Of a DNA stretch of 61,140 nt, positions 1 through 10,108 are shown in pieces (the first letter of the stretch is position 1; each line of letters begins with the position of its first letter). Origin of the DNA: Alphaproteobacteria bacterium UBA3307 (GTDB taxonomy: Bacteria; Pseudomonadota; Alphaproteobacteria; RF32; CAG-239); assembly GCA_002361365.1 (NCBI GenBank), contig DEST01000115.1:1-61140 (forward strand). Reading direction: 5' to 3'. Both the position numbers and the translations under genes were made by a program. The notes under the pieces were generated by a model. That model made no database searches, had not been told where the DNA came from, and was given only the letters and a program-made list of their open reading frames with translations.

Positions 1-1080
1 GAGCCACTATTTGCCGAACTCTTTTTACCGGAAGGTATTGCCGGTGCAATATCCCATTCATTACTGGTATCGGCATAAGTAACATACTGCATACCCTCAT
101 CATCTGAACGTCTGAGTTTTAAGCACACCATACGCTTACCGCTACGCATTACCATATCACCAACACCCTCTACAATTATCAGGCGATTGTTAGGACCTTT
201 GGTTCTAAAGCCGATTGGAGTTTCACTGCGCTCTATAATCATTGTAACAATCGGACGCTGCACCATATTCAGCGCCTTTTCACCCAAATCTATATAAGTA
301 AAAATATCGTCATGCCACACGCGTTCCGGCGCAATTATCACATCATCAGGATTTGGTACATAAATTTCTACATCAAAGCGGAATTTTTCCGGATCCATCG
401 GAATACTGCGCAACCAGTCTTCTTTTAAAAACCGCCGTGTATATGCCGGATTTGCCAAATCTCCGGTGCCACCGCTCAAATTACCGAAACCACCTGATGT
501 TGCTCCCGCCCCCCGACCTGAATTTTCCGATGAGTCACCATTTAAAACCTCAATATCTACAATTGAGTTGGTCAAACGTTCGGTATTATATGCTTCACTG
601 CGAGCATAAAACGCATAAACGTTACCGGAGCGACCAAATACCAAAATGTTGGTATCAACCCCATTGCGCCCGCCTTTAGGCTGTAAAATTACGGCATGTG
701 GCAAACGTGTTCCCGTAAAAGAACCGGTATCGCCGACTTTAACACTTTCTATAAGTTCCCATTCCGGAAAATTAATCAGAGTCATCATTCCTTCGCGCAA
801 ACGCACCGGCAACACCAAATCCGGCGACCAATAATATTTAGAATATGCCGGTTTGCTTTGGCCTTCTCCCAGATTTTGTAATGGGTCTTGCCAAGCCTCT
901 TGAATCATTCCGAGGTTATTAAAGCCGGCATAATTCATATTCATCGGCTGATAGTTGCCTTGAGATTGTTCGGCATATTGATCAAGCGAACCTTCTTCTT
1001 CCAACAACTTGGAAACGCCGTTGTTGCTTAGCAACATTCCGGAAAGTATTATCAGCAAAAATTTCAGACTCTTTTTCATA
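1..1080 (-). CDS. virB9: VirB9/TrbG-like T4SS core-complex protein. The 3' end lies beyond the left edge. The signal-peptide codons (1080 to about 1022) are one frame off from the mature domain (1028..3).
   Basis: Own minus-strand translation; the ORF has no stop in the window, so it is absent from the ORF track. N-domain: YSKYYWSPDLVLPVRLREGMMTLINFPEWELIESVKVGDTGSF...VDTNILVFGRSGNVYAFYARSE. C-domain: FRFDVEIYVPNPDDVIIAPERVWHDDIFTYIDLGE...RLIIVEGVGDMVMRSGKRMVCLKL. Both fit the two-domain VirB9 pattern. The gene lies directly after virB8. Confidence 0.8.
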
Positions 1081-1095
1081 GCTTTATTCCTAACA

Positions 1096-1845
1096 TTATC
1101 CGTCAATAAGTTTTGTCCCGTACGAAATCACCTTAAACCCTACCGGATTTTTCAGTCTTTCTTTATACTGTACTGCGCGCGTACGATATTGTATTCGTAA
1201 TGTGGCCCTAAATTTTTTGGTGGTCGGCGTCACTGAGGACGGCAAATAATAATCCACACTGTACTCTACCTGCCAAACGGCCTCATCAACCTCATTTACC
1301 GTTAAAATTTTTACATTACTCGTTATCCCGTCTTCACGCATTTGCTGCAATAATTTAGTGCCGTTACCTTTAATAAACGCCGTATACACACGGTCTGACG
1401 ACATTTCTTGCAAATCTCCGCCGCTAAGCCAACGCGATTCCATCTCATCAATATCCGGCAACAATGTGGTTCGTAATAAAACATATTGACGTACAAATGT
1501 TTCCGTTATTGATTTTTTAGCTTCCATATCGCGACTATACGGCAAAATGTTATAGACTTGGTCTTCTTTGTTGGTCAGGGTAACCAAATATGGTTCAACC
1601 CGATACAGCGGCAAAATATTGGCAATTGTCAAAAGCAAAATCAAATTACAACAAATGCTGATAGCCGTCACCACAGCAAAAGCGCGTGCTGTCCACAAAT
1701 ATCGCTTTTCACTGGCGTTGACCACCAAGCTTTCTTCCGAATGCCGAATAGAATGCCGTGTAGCCGTATGCTGGTCAGGCTGCTGTTGCGGTCTGTCATT
1801 TGAAATTAAGCGCTGTTGTACGTTGATTTTGCCGAGTTCTGCCAT
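1096..1845 (-). CDS. virB8: VirB8-like T4SS inner-membrane protein (paralog 1, 249 aa)
   Basis: Cytoplasmic N-terminus, one TM segment (AFAVVTAISICCNLILLLTIANIL), a periplasmic NTF2-like region, and a C-terminal NPVGFKVISY motif typical of VirB8. Confidence 0.85.
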   Translation of the reverse strand: MAELGKINVQQRLISNDRPQQQPDQHTATRHSIRHSEESLVVNASEKRYLWTARAFAVVTAISICCNLILLLTIANILPLYRVEPYLVTLTNKEDQVYNILPYSRDMEAKKSITETFVRQYVLLRTTLLPDIDEMESRWLSGGDLQEMSSDRVYTAFIKGNGTKLLQQMREDGITSNVKILTVNEVDEAVWQVEYSVDYYLPSSVTPTTKKFRATLRIQYRTRAVQYKERLKNPVGFKVISYGTKLIDG

Positions 1846-1862
1846 TTTTTTGCCCTATTACA

Positions 1863-2051
1863 CTATATTGCTTCCCAAAACCAATCCGGAACATTTTTAA
1901 TGAGCTCAATTTGCATACAAGCGCACGGAGAAAGTTTGAGCTCGTTGACATCTTTACCAATCCCTACCGCTTCCGGTTCATAGTATGAACCAAATAAACT
2001 ACAGGCGGATAATATCAACAGCACCATAAAAACCAATATTTTTTTATACAT
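1863..2051 (-). CDS. Small lipoprotein (62 aa) in the VirB7 position between two virB8 paralogs
   Basis: Signal peptide with lipobox LSAC (MYKKILVFMVLLILSAC). Size and position match VirB7/RvhB7. There is no sequence-level proof. Confidence 0.55.
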   Translation of the reverse strand: MYKKILVFMVLLILSACSLFGSYYEPEAVGIGKDVNELKLSPCACMQIELIKNVPDWFWEAI

Positions 2052-2200
2052 TATTCCTCTCTCTTTGTTATATTTTGCAAACCACCGCGAATCGGCGATT
2101 TTTTCAGGAATATCCAGCCTTGCAACATCTGTTGCAGGTATGCACAGATACTTCTTTGCCTATGATAATAAAGCAAAAAGATTAAAATAAATTAAACAAA

Positions 2201-2953
2201 TTATTCTCTTATTTCACTCTGATTATATTTTACAACTGTGAAGCCGAGCGGATTTATTAAACGCGTTTTCATCAACCGACGATGCGCAAAAAAACGAGGG
2301 GTTACCGATGCTTTATAACGCAGAATTTTTAAAGTAAGTGCACCGGTTTCGTTGCGGCCTTTGGAAAGATTATATACCGTGAACACTACCAACCAAGCCG
2401 GAGAATTTTCTTCTCTGGTAACCGAATCTATATATACTTCGCTGGAAAAATCCTTATCAAACATTTTGTTTATGTGTTTTATATTCGCCCCCACAAAATT
2501 CATATACACATCATCTGTTGATAAATAATTCACAATTCCTCCCGGTCCCCAACGGGTAGTCATCTCTTTTTCATCATTTACAACCGTGTTGCGCATAATT
2601 ACATATTGTCTCACATACATTTCCGTTAATTGCTTGATAGAAGGCATATTTTCCGCAATCGGCTCATAACGCACCATACTGGACGAGTCTTTTTGATTAG
2701 CCACCAAAATCAGTGGCTCAACCATAATTTCCGGTGCCAGACGAAATATTACCAAAGTCGAGCTTAAAAAAAATCCCAAAGAAACAACGGCGCACAATAT
2801 CACCAAGCGCGAAAGCCATAAAAAGTATATTTCTTTGCTTGAAGATACACGATTCTCCGAATCGTTCAGAAAATGCGGCTGATATTCCGATGTTTTATTA
2901 GCGTTTTTACCGGTTAATAAAACTTTTTTTGTGCCATCACCTAATTGAACCAC
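2201..2953 (-). CDS. virB8: VirB8-like T4SS inner-membrane protein (paralog 2, 250 aa, GTG start)
   Basis: One TM segment (LVILCAVVSLGFFLSSTLVIF), the same domain layout as paralog 1, and a C-terminal NPLGFTVVKY motif. Confidence 0.85.
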   Translation of the reverse strand: MVQLGDGTKKVLLTGKNANKTSEYQPHFLNDSENRVSSSKEIYFLWLSRLVILCAVVSLGFFLSSTLVIFRLAPEIMVEPLILVANQKDSSSMVRYEPIAENMPSIKQLTEMYVRQYVIMRNTVVNDEKEMTTRWGPGGIVNYLSTDDVYMNFVGANIKHINKMFDKDFSSEVYIDSVTREENSPAWLVVFTVYNLSKGRNETGALTLKILRYKASVTPRFFAHRRLMKTRLINPLGFTVVKYNQSEIRE

Positions 2954-2983
2954 GACTGCCTCGCTTTTGTTTCTTTATATAGA

Positions 2984-5900
2984 TCAGTATGCCGCACAAT
3001 ACGGATGTCTGTAATGAGTTTTCTGACGCTCGTCCTCTGCTTTTTTAGCCTCATTATACTTATTACCGACATCTATATCCGCTTGACGATTTTTAATTTT
3101 TGCTTCCAAATCTTCAAGCTCTTCCGTACCGTTGACGGCGACAATCTCATCGCTATCCGCTTGCAATACAGCAACCTTGTGCATCAATTTTTCGTACTTA
3201 TCGCGAACATTTGCAGACATACCGGCGCCCTTTGGCAAAGATTGCATCTTTTGTAATGCCATATCTATATATATGCCTTTTTCTTCATCAATAGTTTGGG
3301 CAGCCTGATTGTAATCTTGCTCATTGAGCAGATTAAAGTCGTCCGTAATTTCAAAAGTGCCTACCGAAATAGTATCTGCCAATTTTTGACGAATTTCAGC
3401 AATTTGCTTTTCCAACTTTTTCATTTGGTCTGCTACAATCGATTCATACTCCACTTGGTCTAAATAATCCCCAAACTGATTACGGTCATAAAGCACACGA
3501 TTTGCCTGATAAAACCGCATATCCGTTGTCATATCCGAACCGACATCTTCTGTCTTGTTAATTGCATCTATTGCTTTAAGTAAAGAATTATTAAATGTCA
3601 ACCGGTGTGGCAAAGAAGCTATACCCTTATTTCCGACAATAATGCCAGTACCAAATAGGGTACTTAAACCTGATGGCAAGTCAGGAATATAGGCCAAAAT
3701 TGTTCCCAATTCACTACCCTTTATTGCTGTTGTTGAAAGATTATCCTTAACCGGTCTATAGCCTCCGCCGACTTCTTCATCTGCAACAATATTATTACCA
3801 TCTTGATTCGTCAGCTTTATTCCGCGACACTGAGGAAGTTTATTTTGTTCATCAAAGCTGGCCGGACGAGCACTATGATAATACATCGGACCGTCATTTG
3901 TACTTACAACATCTATAACATTGTTCTCGCTCAAACACGGATATACTCCTGAACGCAGCAAAGTCTTTTCATTATCACCTACCAACAAATCGGCCATTTC
4001 TTCTTTTTCTCCCAACAGTTTGGCCCAATCTATTTGCTTTTGCACAAAAGCGTGGTGTTTCATTATATATTTCCATATCTCCGGAACGGTCGAAGCATAG
4101 GTTTTACCGCCATATTCCATTCCGCCGTATTGATTCAAAAACTTCAAAAAGCTCTCAACCGAAATATATACTTTTCTATTATTATCAACATCGTTACGGT
4201 CTGTATAGTATTTATCCATATTATTAAAATCCGCAACATCAAAATGGAAAATCTCACGTACCGGTGCCGAACTGAAGTTTACCGGAGATTTAGGAGCAGA
4301 AAAATCTTGCGGCAAGCCGATTGCGCCAACAAAATATTCGCTATCTTCTTGCGTGCAATTTTGTTCTTTGCAAACATCCGTAAAAATATTAAGCGCCGGT
4401 GTCAAATTTTCTTGCGTATCCGCTGCAAATTCGTGCATTTCATCGATAGCTTCACAATTTTTTAAGTCTGTAAGTTTTATTGCTGTGATTTTTTTAATCA
4501 TATCGTTATGAATTTGCTGAACTTTAGGCGCTGTTTCAACATAATAAAGCTCTTGAGTGGTCTTTAGTTTATCTATTTTTGCTTTTGCTTCTGATACCTG
4601 TTTTAGAGCATAATCGCGTACGCACTGAACCAAGCGGTTTGTCAAATCAAGCGGCAAAACTTCTTCAATAGCGCTATCCAATGCTTTTATTTTGCGGGCA
4701 ACGCGCAGATTTTCTACCAACTCATTGAACATAACCCCTGATTTTGCTTCTGCATCGCTCATATTCTTAACATATTGCACTCGTAATCTTTCCAAATCTT
4801 CTTTTATTTGAGCAACCTTTTCTTGAGCACGTTTGACGATGTTTTCATAGTTTTTAATCTTATTTTCAGCCGATGCCATCACACTTTTAGCCTGAGCCGA
4901 CATTTTTTCATTGTTTTGTCGGGTTTTATTAAATTCGGCATTTTGCGGAGAATCCTTACTTAGCTTTCGGCCGGCATAAATTTCTTGACTGTATTCAACT
5001 CCTTCGGTTGCCTCCGGTGTAGTGGCATCTGCACTTTTTACCATTTCGTGATTTTTATTATATTCCTGATTCAGCTTACTTATTTGGGTGTTAGCATCGT
5101 TGATTATTTTGTACCAATTTTGCAACTCTTTTTGCTTTGTTGCACGATTTTTGGCGTATTCTTCCCGAATTTTTTGGTACTCATCTTCTTCAGCTTTAAT
5201 AGCCGCCTCTATTTGCAAAGTTTCAAAGTTCTCAAAAGGCGTTTCTTTTACGGCTGATTGCGAAACAATAACTCCTCGTTGCTCTTTTAGAGAATCTGCC
5301 AAATCCTGTTTAAGTTCGGGAACTGACTTTTGCAATTCTTTCAACATTTTTTCGGCATCTTTACGTTGTTTATCCGGACTAATCGGCGGAACACCGGAAA
5401 TTGTTTTATACGGATATACCGGATTCAGATTAAGAGCAATTTTAAGCAAAATTTCCATCTGAGACATCTGACTTATATATTCTGCAATATTTTCATATTT
5501 GCCATCAATATATTGGTCATAAAAGTATATCTGGTCGGTCCACAGCGGAAATTTACTCTTGCGCGTTCCCCATTCATTAACACCGGTATCCAAATCCAGC
5601 GCCAGTTCTTTTGCTACTTCAGAACCGATGACCCAACGTATTAAACTATCTTTGCGCGCATTCTCTTTTTCTTCTTCGCCTTTTTGTTGGTCTTTCAAAT
5701 TAGAGGCCGTATCATCAGTCCCTTTATCCGACGTTTGAGTTGTAATTTCATCCAAAAGTTCTTCATCTGCGCTGTCATCTGAACTATGTGAAGTTACAAA
5801 CAAAGCGTCATCATCTTTTTTATTTTCTTCATCAGTATCCAAGCTGATTGTGGCACGAGTTACATATCCGTCTTCTCCGTTTTGCTCTTCCAAAACCTGT

Positions 5901-7459
5901 ACAGATGCTTCTGTATCTCCGGCGGCATCTTCGTCCTTAGCCTCGGTATATAATGTAAACAAATATTTGGCGATTCCGTTTGGCATCGAATCTGCGTGCA
6001 ATTCCGCCACATAGCAACTATGCGCTGAATCTCCGGCACACACTGTATCAAACAAACCATCAGAGGTCGCCTCGGAATCTATCGGTCTTTCCGGCTCATA
6101 ATGACAGGTGATTTGCCCGTTGCCGCTATAAATACAATTCTGCCCGAACCATGTGATATTGGAATCTGTATAGTGCGGTTTTAACATATTCATAATACAC
6201 TCTCCGGATTCCGCTAAATTCTGCTGTGCCAATTCCATCTGCTTTTGCGCACTGGCATAGTCTTCAAACACTTTTTTATACTCCGGCAAGGTTTGTTTCA
6301 TATTATGCATATGTTGTGCGCTGTTTAAATCTTGACGAATTTCTTGTAATATTTTTAAACTTGCCACATCGTCTTCTCTTTCATCAATTGCTGCCGTAAA
6401 ACTCTGCGGATTATTGGCATCTTCAAAATCACCTTTTATCACATTATCGCGATTGGTCAAATTTTCCTCATATTCAGCCAATTCTTCGGCGGCTAATTTT
6501 TCTTCTTCCGTAGATAAATCGGCAAAAGATACTTCCGCGCTGATATAATTATAGGCAGTGTTTTCTGATGGTGCTAAATATTTTTCCGGCAAAGATGACG
6601 TTTTGTCTAACGTTTTATCTTTATCCTTTTCTTTATCATATTCGCGGATTTTTGCCATTTTATCTATGCCGATAACCGCTTGATGTTGAGCGTGCATTGC
6701 CACCAACATCAAATTATATTTCATAATTGTTTCATAAAGTTTTTCAGCCTGTAACGCACTGTTCCAGAAACAAACTTGGTCTTCTTTAGTGTCATCACCG
6801 TTATCGGCTTGTTCCTGACAGCTTGTTAAGCCTATTTCATCACATTTTTCTCCCTCAACCAGACAACTTTCAATCATATCCAACTGACGTAGCATACCCA
6901 AATCTTCCATATTTTTGGAACCTTCTTTTGCCTCCGGTTTGCCATAAAGCTCTTTTTCCATTTCTATTGCAGTCAAATACATTTCCATTGTAGTATCCAT
7001 TTTGAGCTGCTCACCTAGTGTTTTGTATGCCTCTTTGACTTGTGCTTTATCTGACGGATATTGCATAAAAAGTTTAATAAAAGCATCTTTGACGGAAGCC
7101 TCATCTTTTAAATCAGCAATTGTACTGTCCTTAATGGTCCGCGCATAACTGATGATTTTTTTACGTTTTTCTTTGCTTTGTTTCCATTTATTAAATGCCG
7201 TTGTGCCCATTTTGGCGGCATAAGACATAGCCATTTGTTTTAAGGTGGTCATATCTGTATATTTTTCCAAATCCTTGCGAATTTCTTTTACTTGGTCATA
7301 ATAAGATACTGCCGTTGAAATTGCCGGCGCAACACACATCGGGCAAAATTGCGGAGAAAAAGGTATCAGCGGTGTAAAATCAGGCCAAATTGCGTGCGCA
7401 TTGTGTGTAAAACAAACACAAGTCAAAAACACCGATATAGAATAGATAAATTTTCTCAT
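2984..7459 (-). CDS. Giant secreted coiled-coil/acidic protein (1491 aa from MRKF start), unknown function, inside the T4SS operon
   Basis: ATG at 7459 preceded by AGGAGA. Signal peptide MRKFIYSISVFLTCVCFTHNAHA. Long K/E/Q/A heptad-like tracts and D/E/S-rich segments. No hydrophobic helices after the signal peptide. Confidence 0.7.
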   Translation of the reverse strand: MRKFIYSISVFLTCVCFTHNAHAIWPDFTPLIPFSPQFCPMCVAPAISTAVSYYDQVKEIRKDLEKYTDMTTLKQMAMSYAAKMGTTAFNKWKQSKEKRKKIISYARTIKDSTIADLKDEASVKDAFIKLFMQYPSDKAQVKEAYKTLGEQLKMDTTMEMYLTAIEMEKELYGKPEAKEGSKNMEDLGMLRQLDMIESCLVEGEKCDEIGLTSCQEQADNGDDTKEDQVCFWNSALQAEKLYETIMKYNLMLVAMHAQHQAVIGIDKMAKIREYDKEKDKDKTLDKTSSLPEKYLAPSENTAYNYISAEVSFADLSTEEEKLAAEELAEYEENLTNRDNVIKGDFEDANNPQSFTAAIDEREDDVASLKILQEIRQDLNSAQHMHNMKQTLPEYKKVFEDYASAQKQMELAQQNLAESGECIMNMLKPHYTDSNITWFGQNCIYSGNGQITCHYEPERPIDSEATSDGLFDTVCAGDSAHSCYVAELHADSMPNGIAKYLFTLYTEAKDEDAAGDTEASVQVLEEQNGEDGYVTRATISLDTDEENKKDDDALFVTSHSSDDSADEELLDEITTQTSDKGTDDTASNLKDQQKGEEEKENARKDSLIRWVIGSEVAKELALDLDTGVNEWGTRKSKFPLWTDQIYFYDQYIDGKYENIAEYISQMSQMEILLKIALNLNPVYPYKTISGVPPISPDKQRKDAEKMLKELQKSVPELKQDLADSLKEQRGVIVSQSAVKETPFENFETLQIEAAIKAEEDEYQKIREEYAKNRATKQKELQNWYKIINDANTQISKLNQEYNKNHEMVKSADATTPEATEGVEYSQEIYAGRKLSKDSPQNAEFNKTRQNNEKMSAQAKSVMASAENKIKNYENIVKRAQEKVAQIKEDLERLRVQYVKNMSDAEAKSGVMFNELVENLRVARKIKALDSAIEEVLPLDLTNRLVQCVRDYALKQVSEAKAKIDKLKTTQELYYVETAPKVQQIHNDMIKKITAIKLTDLKNCEAIDEMHEFAADTQENLTPALNIFTDVCKEQNCTQEDSEYFVGAIGLPQDFSAPKSPVNFSSAPVREIFHFDVADFNNMDKYYTDRNDVDNNRKVYISVESFLKFLNQYGGMEYGGKTYASTVPEIWKYIMKHHAFVQKQIDWAKLLGEKEEMADLLVGDNEKTLLRSGVYPCLSENNVIDVVSTNDGPMYYHSARPASFDEQNKLPQCRGIKLTNQDGNNIVADEEVGGGYRPVKDNLSTTAIKGSELGTILAYIPDLPSGLSTLFGTGIIVGNKGIASLPHRLTFNNSLLKAIDAINKTEDVGSDMTTDMRFYQANRVLYDRNQFGDYLDQVEYESIVADQMKKLEKQIAEIRQKLADTISVGTFEITDDFNLLNEQDYNQAAQTIDEEKGIYIDMALQKMQSLPKGAGMSANVRDKYEKLMHKVAVLQADSDEIVAVNGTEELEDLEAKIKNRQADIDVGNKYNEAKKAEDERQKTHYRHPYCAAY

Positions 7460-7469
7460 GGTCGTTCTC

Positions 7470-8753
7470 CTAAAAACCGCTATATACATTGGTAAAGCCG
7501 TTTATTGTATCGTTAATTTTATTTGTTGCCGCAGTTTGCGCCTTATTTTTCAGTTTTTTAAACAGCGTTTGCTTGGTCATTTTATAATCATCCAAATTAA
7601 ATGTTGTCATATCCTTATCATAATCTTGTAGTTTATATTTATCTCGCCAGAATGACATCTCATAGGTTGTTTCCATACGAATTTGCGCCAACAATATCTC
7701 CATATATCTTGCGGCTATTTTAGCATTTTGCAACTCCACACAAACACGCATTGCCGCAGCACCGAAAACACCTTGTGCCATTTGGGTTGCCGCGTCGGCA
7801 CAACCTAAGCTGCGCTCTTTTATTTCTTCAATACTGGTATAAGTTGTTACTGCCGTTTCCATTGCATTTTTGACAGCTTTATAATATTCTTGCTTTCTGA
7901 TTTTGCGCACGCGGTTCATATTTTCCGGATTTTCCGGTTCTGCTTTTTTCAAAAAAAGTTTATCTTGGACAAGTGTGTATAATTCGGTATTTTCTTCATC
8001 TTTTCCCTCTCTCTCAAAAAGTTTTTTTGTTTGCTTGCCTAACATATCAACAACTTCTTTTTCTGAAGTTTTGGCTGTCATCTCATTTATCTTTTTTTGC
8101 TGTGTCTTAATTTTTTCTTGCATTTTCTTATAGTTGGCATCTTCAGCAGCATTTTTTTCTTCTTCCCAAGCAATTTCTTTTTGCAACTTAGGAATTCCTG
8201 CCTCTAACTCTTCTAAGCGGGCTTTTTCCTCATCACTTAGTTCTTCTCCGGCCTTTTTACCGGTCAGACGTTGATTTAGCGCGCTGTATTCAGATTGCAT
8301 TTTGGCAAGTTCTTTTTCCATAGCGGCCTTACGTTTTAGTTTTTCTTGCTCCCGAGCTTGTAAATAAAGCTGCGCCTGCCGATATGAATTGGCATAATCA
8401 AGTTTTAGGTTTCCGAGTTCACCTTTAAGAGCGTTCCACATACCGCTTCCGGTAAAATCTCCGGCATAAAACTGCCCTTTTGCGGCACTAGTCACAATCG
8501 CGCCAGCATTTTTTTTGAGATATCCGAAAATCATTGCTCCTTCGCGTCCGGCAACTTTTTCAACTTTTGCATTTAAAATTTCAAGCTGCGTATTATATAC
8601 ATTTTCAATTTTTTCTTTGGTCTTACCTACTTTATCCGCTATATCAGCCACCGGTGCCGAAAAATCAAGTTTTGAAAATGCTTGTGCATTATGCGAAATT
8701 CCCAACAACGCACTTAGCATACAGAAAGCAAATAAATCTTTTAATCTAAACAT
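7470..8753 (-). CDS. Secreted coiled-coil protein (427 aa from MFRL start), T4SS-operon member of unknown function
   Basis: Signal peptide MFRLKDLFAFCMLSALLGISHNAQA with an upstream AGGAAAGGG. K/E-rich helical middle region. The track start at 8816 would overlap the upstream gene. Confidence 0.65.
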   Translation of the reverse strand: MFRLKDLFAFCMLSALLGISHNAQAFSKLDFSAPVADIADKVGKTKEKIENVYNTQLEILNAKVEKVAGREGAMIFGYLKKNAGAIVTSAAKGQFYAGDFTGSGMWNALKGELGNLKLDYANSYRQAQLYLQAREQEKLKRKAAMEKELAKMQSEYSALNQRLTGKKAGEELSDEEKARLEELEAGIPKLQKEIAWEEEKNAAEDANYKKMQEKIKTQQKKINEMTAKTSEKEVVDMLGKQTKKLFEREGKDEENTELYTLVQDKLFLKKAEPENPENMNRVRKIRKQEYYKAVKNAMETAVTTYTSIEEIKERSLGCADAATQMAQGVFGAAAMRVCVELQNAKIAARYMEILLAQIRMETTYEMSFWRDKYKLQDYDKDMTTFNLDDYKMTKQTLFKKLKNKAQTAATNKINDTINGFTNVYSGF

Positions 8754-8772
8754 TGTCTTATTCCCTTTCCTG

Positions 8773-10050
8773 TTATTTTTGTTGTCCGTTCGTATTTTGG
8801 GAGCTAGCGCTTTCATTCATTCCGCTGAGCTTACCTAGGCCGCTTTTGATACCACCATTGTTCAATAAATTATCAAACACCTGATTTGCGTCTCCGCCTG
8901 ATTTGCCAACATTTATTCCACCGCCGACAAAATCCCCGAGAGCTCCGGTTTCTGCACCGGCATTACCGCCAATCATTGTGCCGACCGAATTACCAACTCC
9001 GGACGTTACGCCACCCCAATTGCCGTTTTTGGCATTGTTGTATGCTGCACCGGCACCGCTTACACCTTGCTGAACCATATTGTTCAAATCTTTGTTGCCT
9101 TCTACCGCTCCGATACCGTATGCTTTTCCGGCAGAACCTAAAACACCGGCGTAATCTCCGCGTTTTAAGGCCTCCACGCCGGAATCCCATTGTTCGCGCA
9201 AGGCTAATACATCTACGGATTTACGACTTTTCGCTATATCCGCCGCTGTATCTTCCAACCCTTGAGTATCGACCTCGTCTTCATTTTTTCCGATAATTTC
9301 CGAGATATCGTCTTGACGACCTTGTGTTATCAGCATTTCATTAGAGGACTTGCGGTATGTTGATTCAAAGCGCAACAGTTGCATCCACAAATAGCTGGCG
9401 TGACGCGCCGTTTGCGCATATCTGAACTGAACGGTGCTGACATCTGAATTATTTGAAGTTTCATCGTTTTCTTCTGTTTTTTCTTCAGCATTTTCATCTT
9501 CGGAATCACCGGCTTCTTCTTCCATCATCTTTTTGCGCGTTACCAAAGCATTAGCATAGATAATCGCCAGATTTTCCACCATCAAATTATTATTACGCTC
9601 ATCTTGTGCTTTTGTGACCAATACATCATTATTAACATTGGTACGTTTCATATACGATTTGCCGACTTTTTGTTTCATTTCCGGCGAAGTATACGGGCCT
9701 AAAGAAATGGCAGTATTTATCCCCGGCAAAGTAACCGAACTCATCTGAGTATTGAAAAACTCTTTGGCCCCTGCCCATGCCGCATCTTTGGCATCTCCGA
9801 TAAATTTGTTAGCCTTAGCTTCAAGCTGATTTTTCACCGAATCTCGCAAATTACTAACTGCATCACGATTTAAGGCCAGCTCTTGCAGACTTACCTGTAC
9901 TCCGAGATATTGTTGCACCAAAGTATTGGCTTTTTCCTGAAATGTCTTTAATGCATCTTGGGCAATAGATAGAATATCCAAATCCGCGCGAGAGGTTTTA
10001 GGAAACAAAACCAACATTGCAAGCAAAGCTGTCATTATTTTCTTTTTCAT
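8773..10050 (-). CDS. Secreted protein (425 aa) with a VirB5/TrbJ-like helical N-terminus and a Gly/Asn-rich C-terminus
   Basis: Signal peptide MKKKIMTALLAMLVLFPKTSRA followed by DLDILSIAQDALKTFQEKANTLVQQY. Acidic tract in the middle. C-terminal tract GVSGAGAAYNNAKNGNWGGVTSGVGNSVGTMIGGNAG. Confidence 0.6.
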   Translation of the reverse strand: MKKKIMTALLAMLVLFPKTSRADLDILSIAQDALKTFQEKANTLVQQYLGVQVSLQELALNRDAVSNLRDSVKNQLEAKANKFIGDAKDAAWAGAKEFFNTQMSSVTLPGINTAISLGPYTSPEMKQKVGKSYMKRTNVNNDVLVTKAQDERNNNLMVENLAIIYANALVTRKKMMEEEAGDSEDENAEEKTEENDETSNNSDVSTVQFRYAQTARHASYLWMQLLRFESTYRKSSNEMLITQGRQDDISEIIGKNEDEVDTQGLEDTAADIAKSRKSVDVLALREQWDSGVEALKRGDYAGVLGSAGKAYGIGAVEGNKDLNNMVQQGVSGAGAAYNNAKNGNWGGVTSGVGNSVGTMIGGNAGAETGALGDFVGGGINVGKSGGDANQVFDNLLNNGGIKSGLGKLSGMNESASSQNTNGQQK

Positions 10051-10108
10051 TGTCCTTCTCCTCTCGTAATATATCTTAATCTGTTATCTTTTTTGCTCGC
10101 GATTTCCT

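Noticed and set aside
353-881. Plus-strand ORFs of 61-108 aa (353..679, 646..834, 696..881)
   Set aside because: They lie antisense to the continuous VirB9-like reading frame, use TTG/GTG-type starts, and have no RBS or recognisable motifs. They are shadow ORFs.
7460-7489. Upstream extensions of track ORFs. Affected starts: 7489, 8816, 16427, 16720, 19842, 28369, 29978, 33242, 35034, 44196, 45561, 46240 and 60952.
   Set aside because: In each case an internal ATG is preceded by a Shine-Dalgarno-like purine run. That ATG begins a signal peptide or a conserved N-terminus. The extension would also overlap the neighbouring gene or a predicted promoter.
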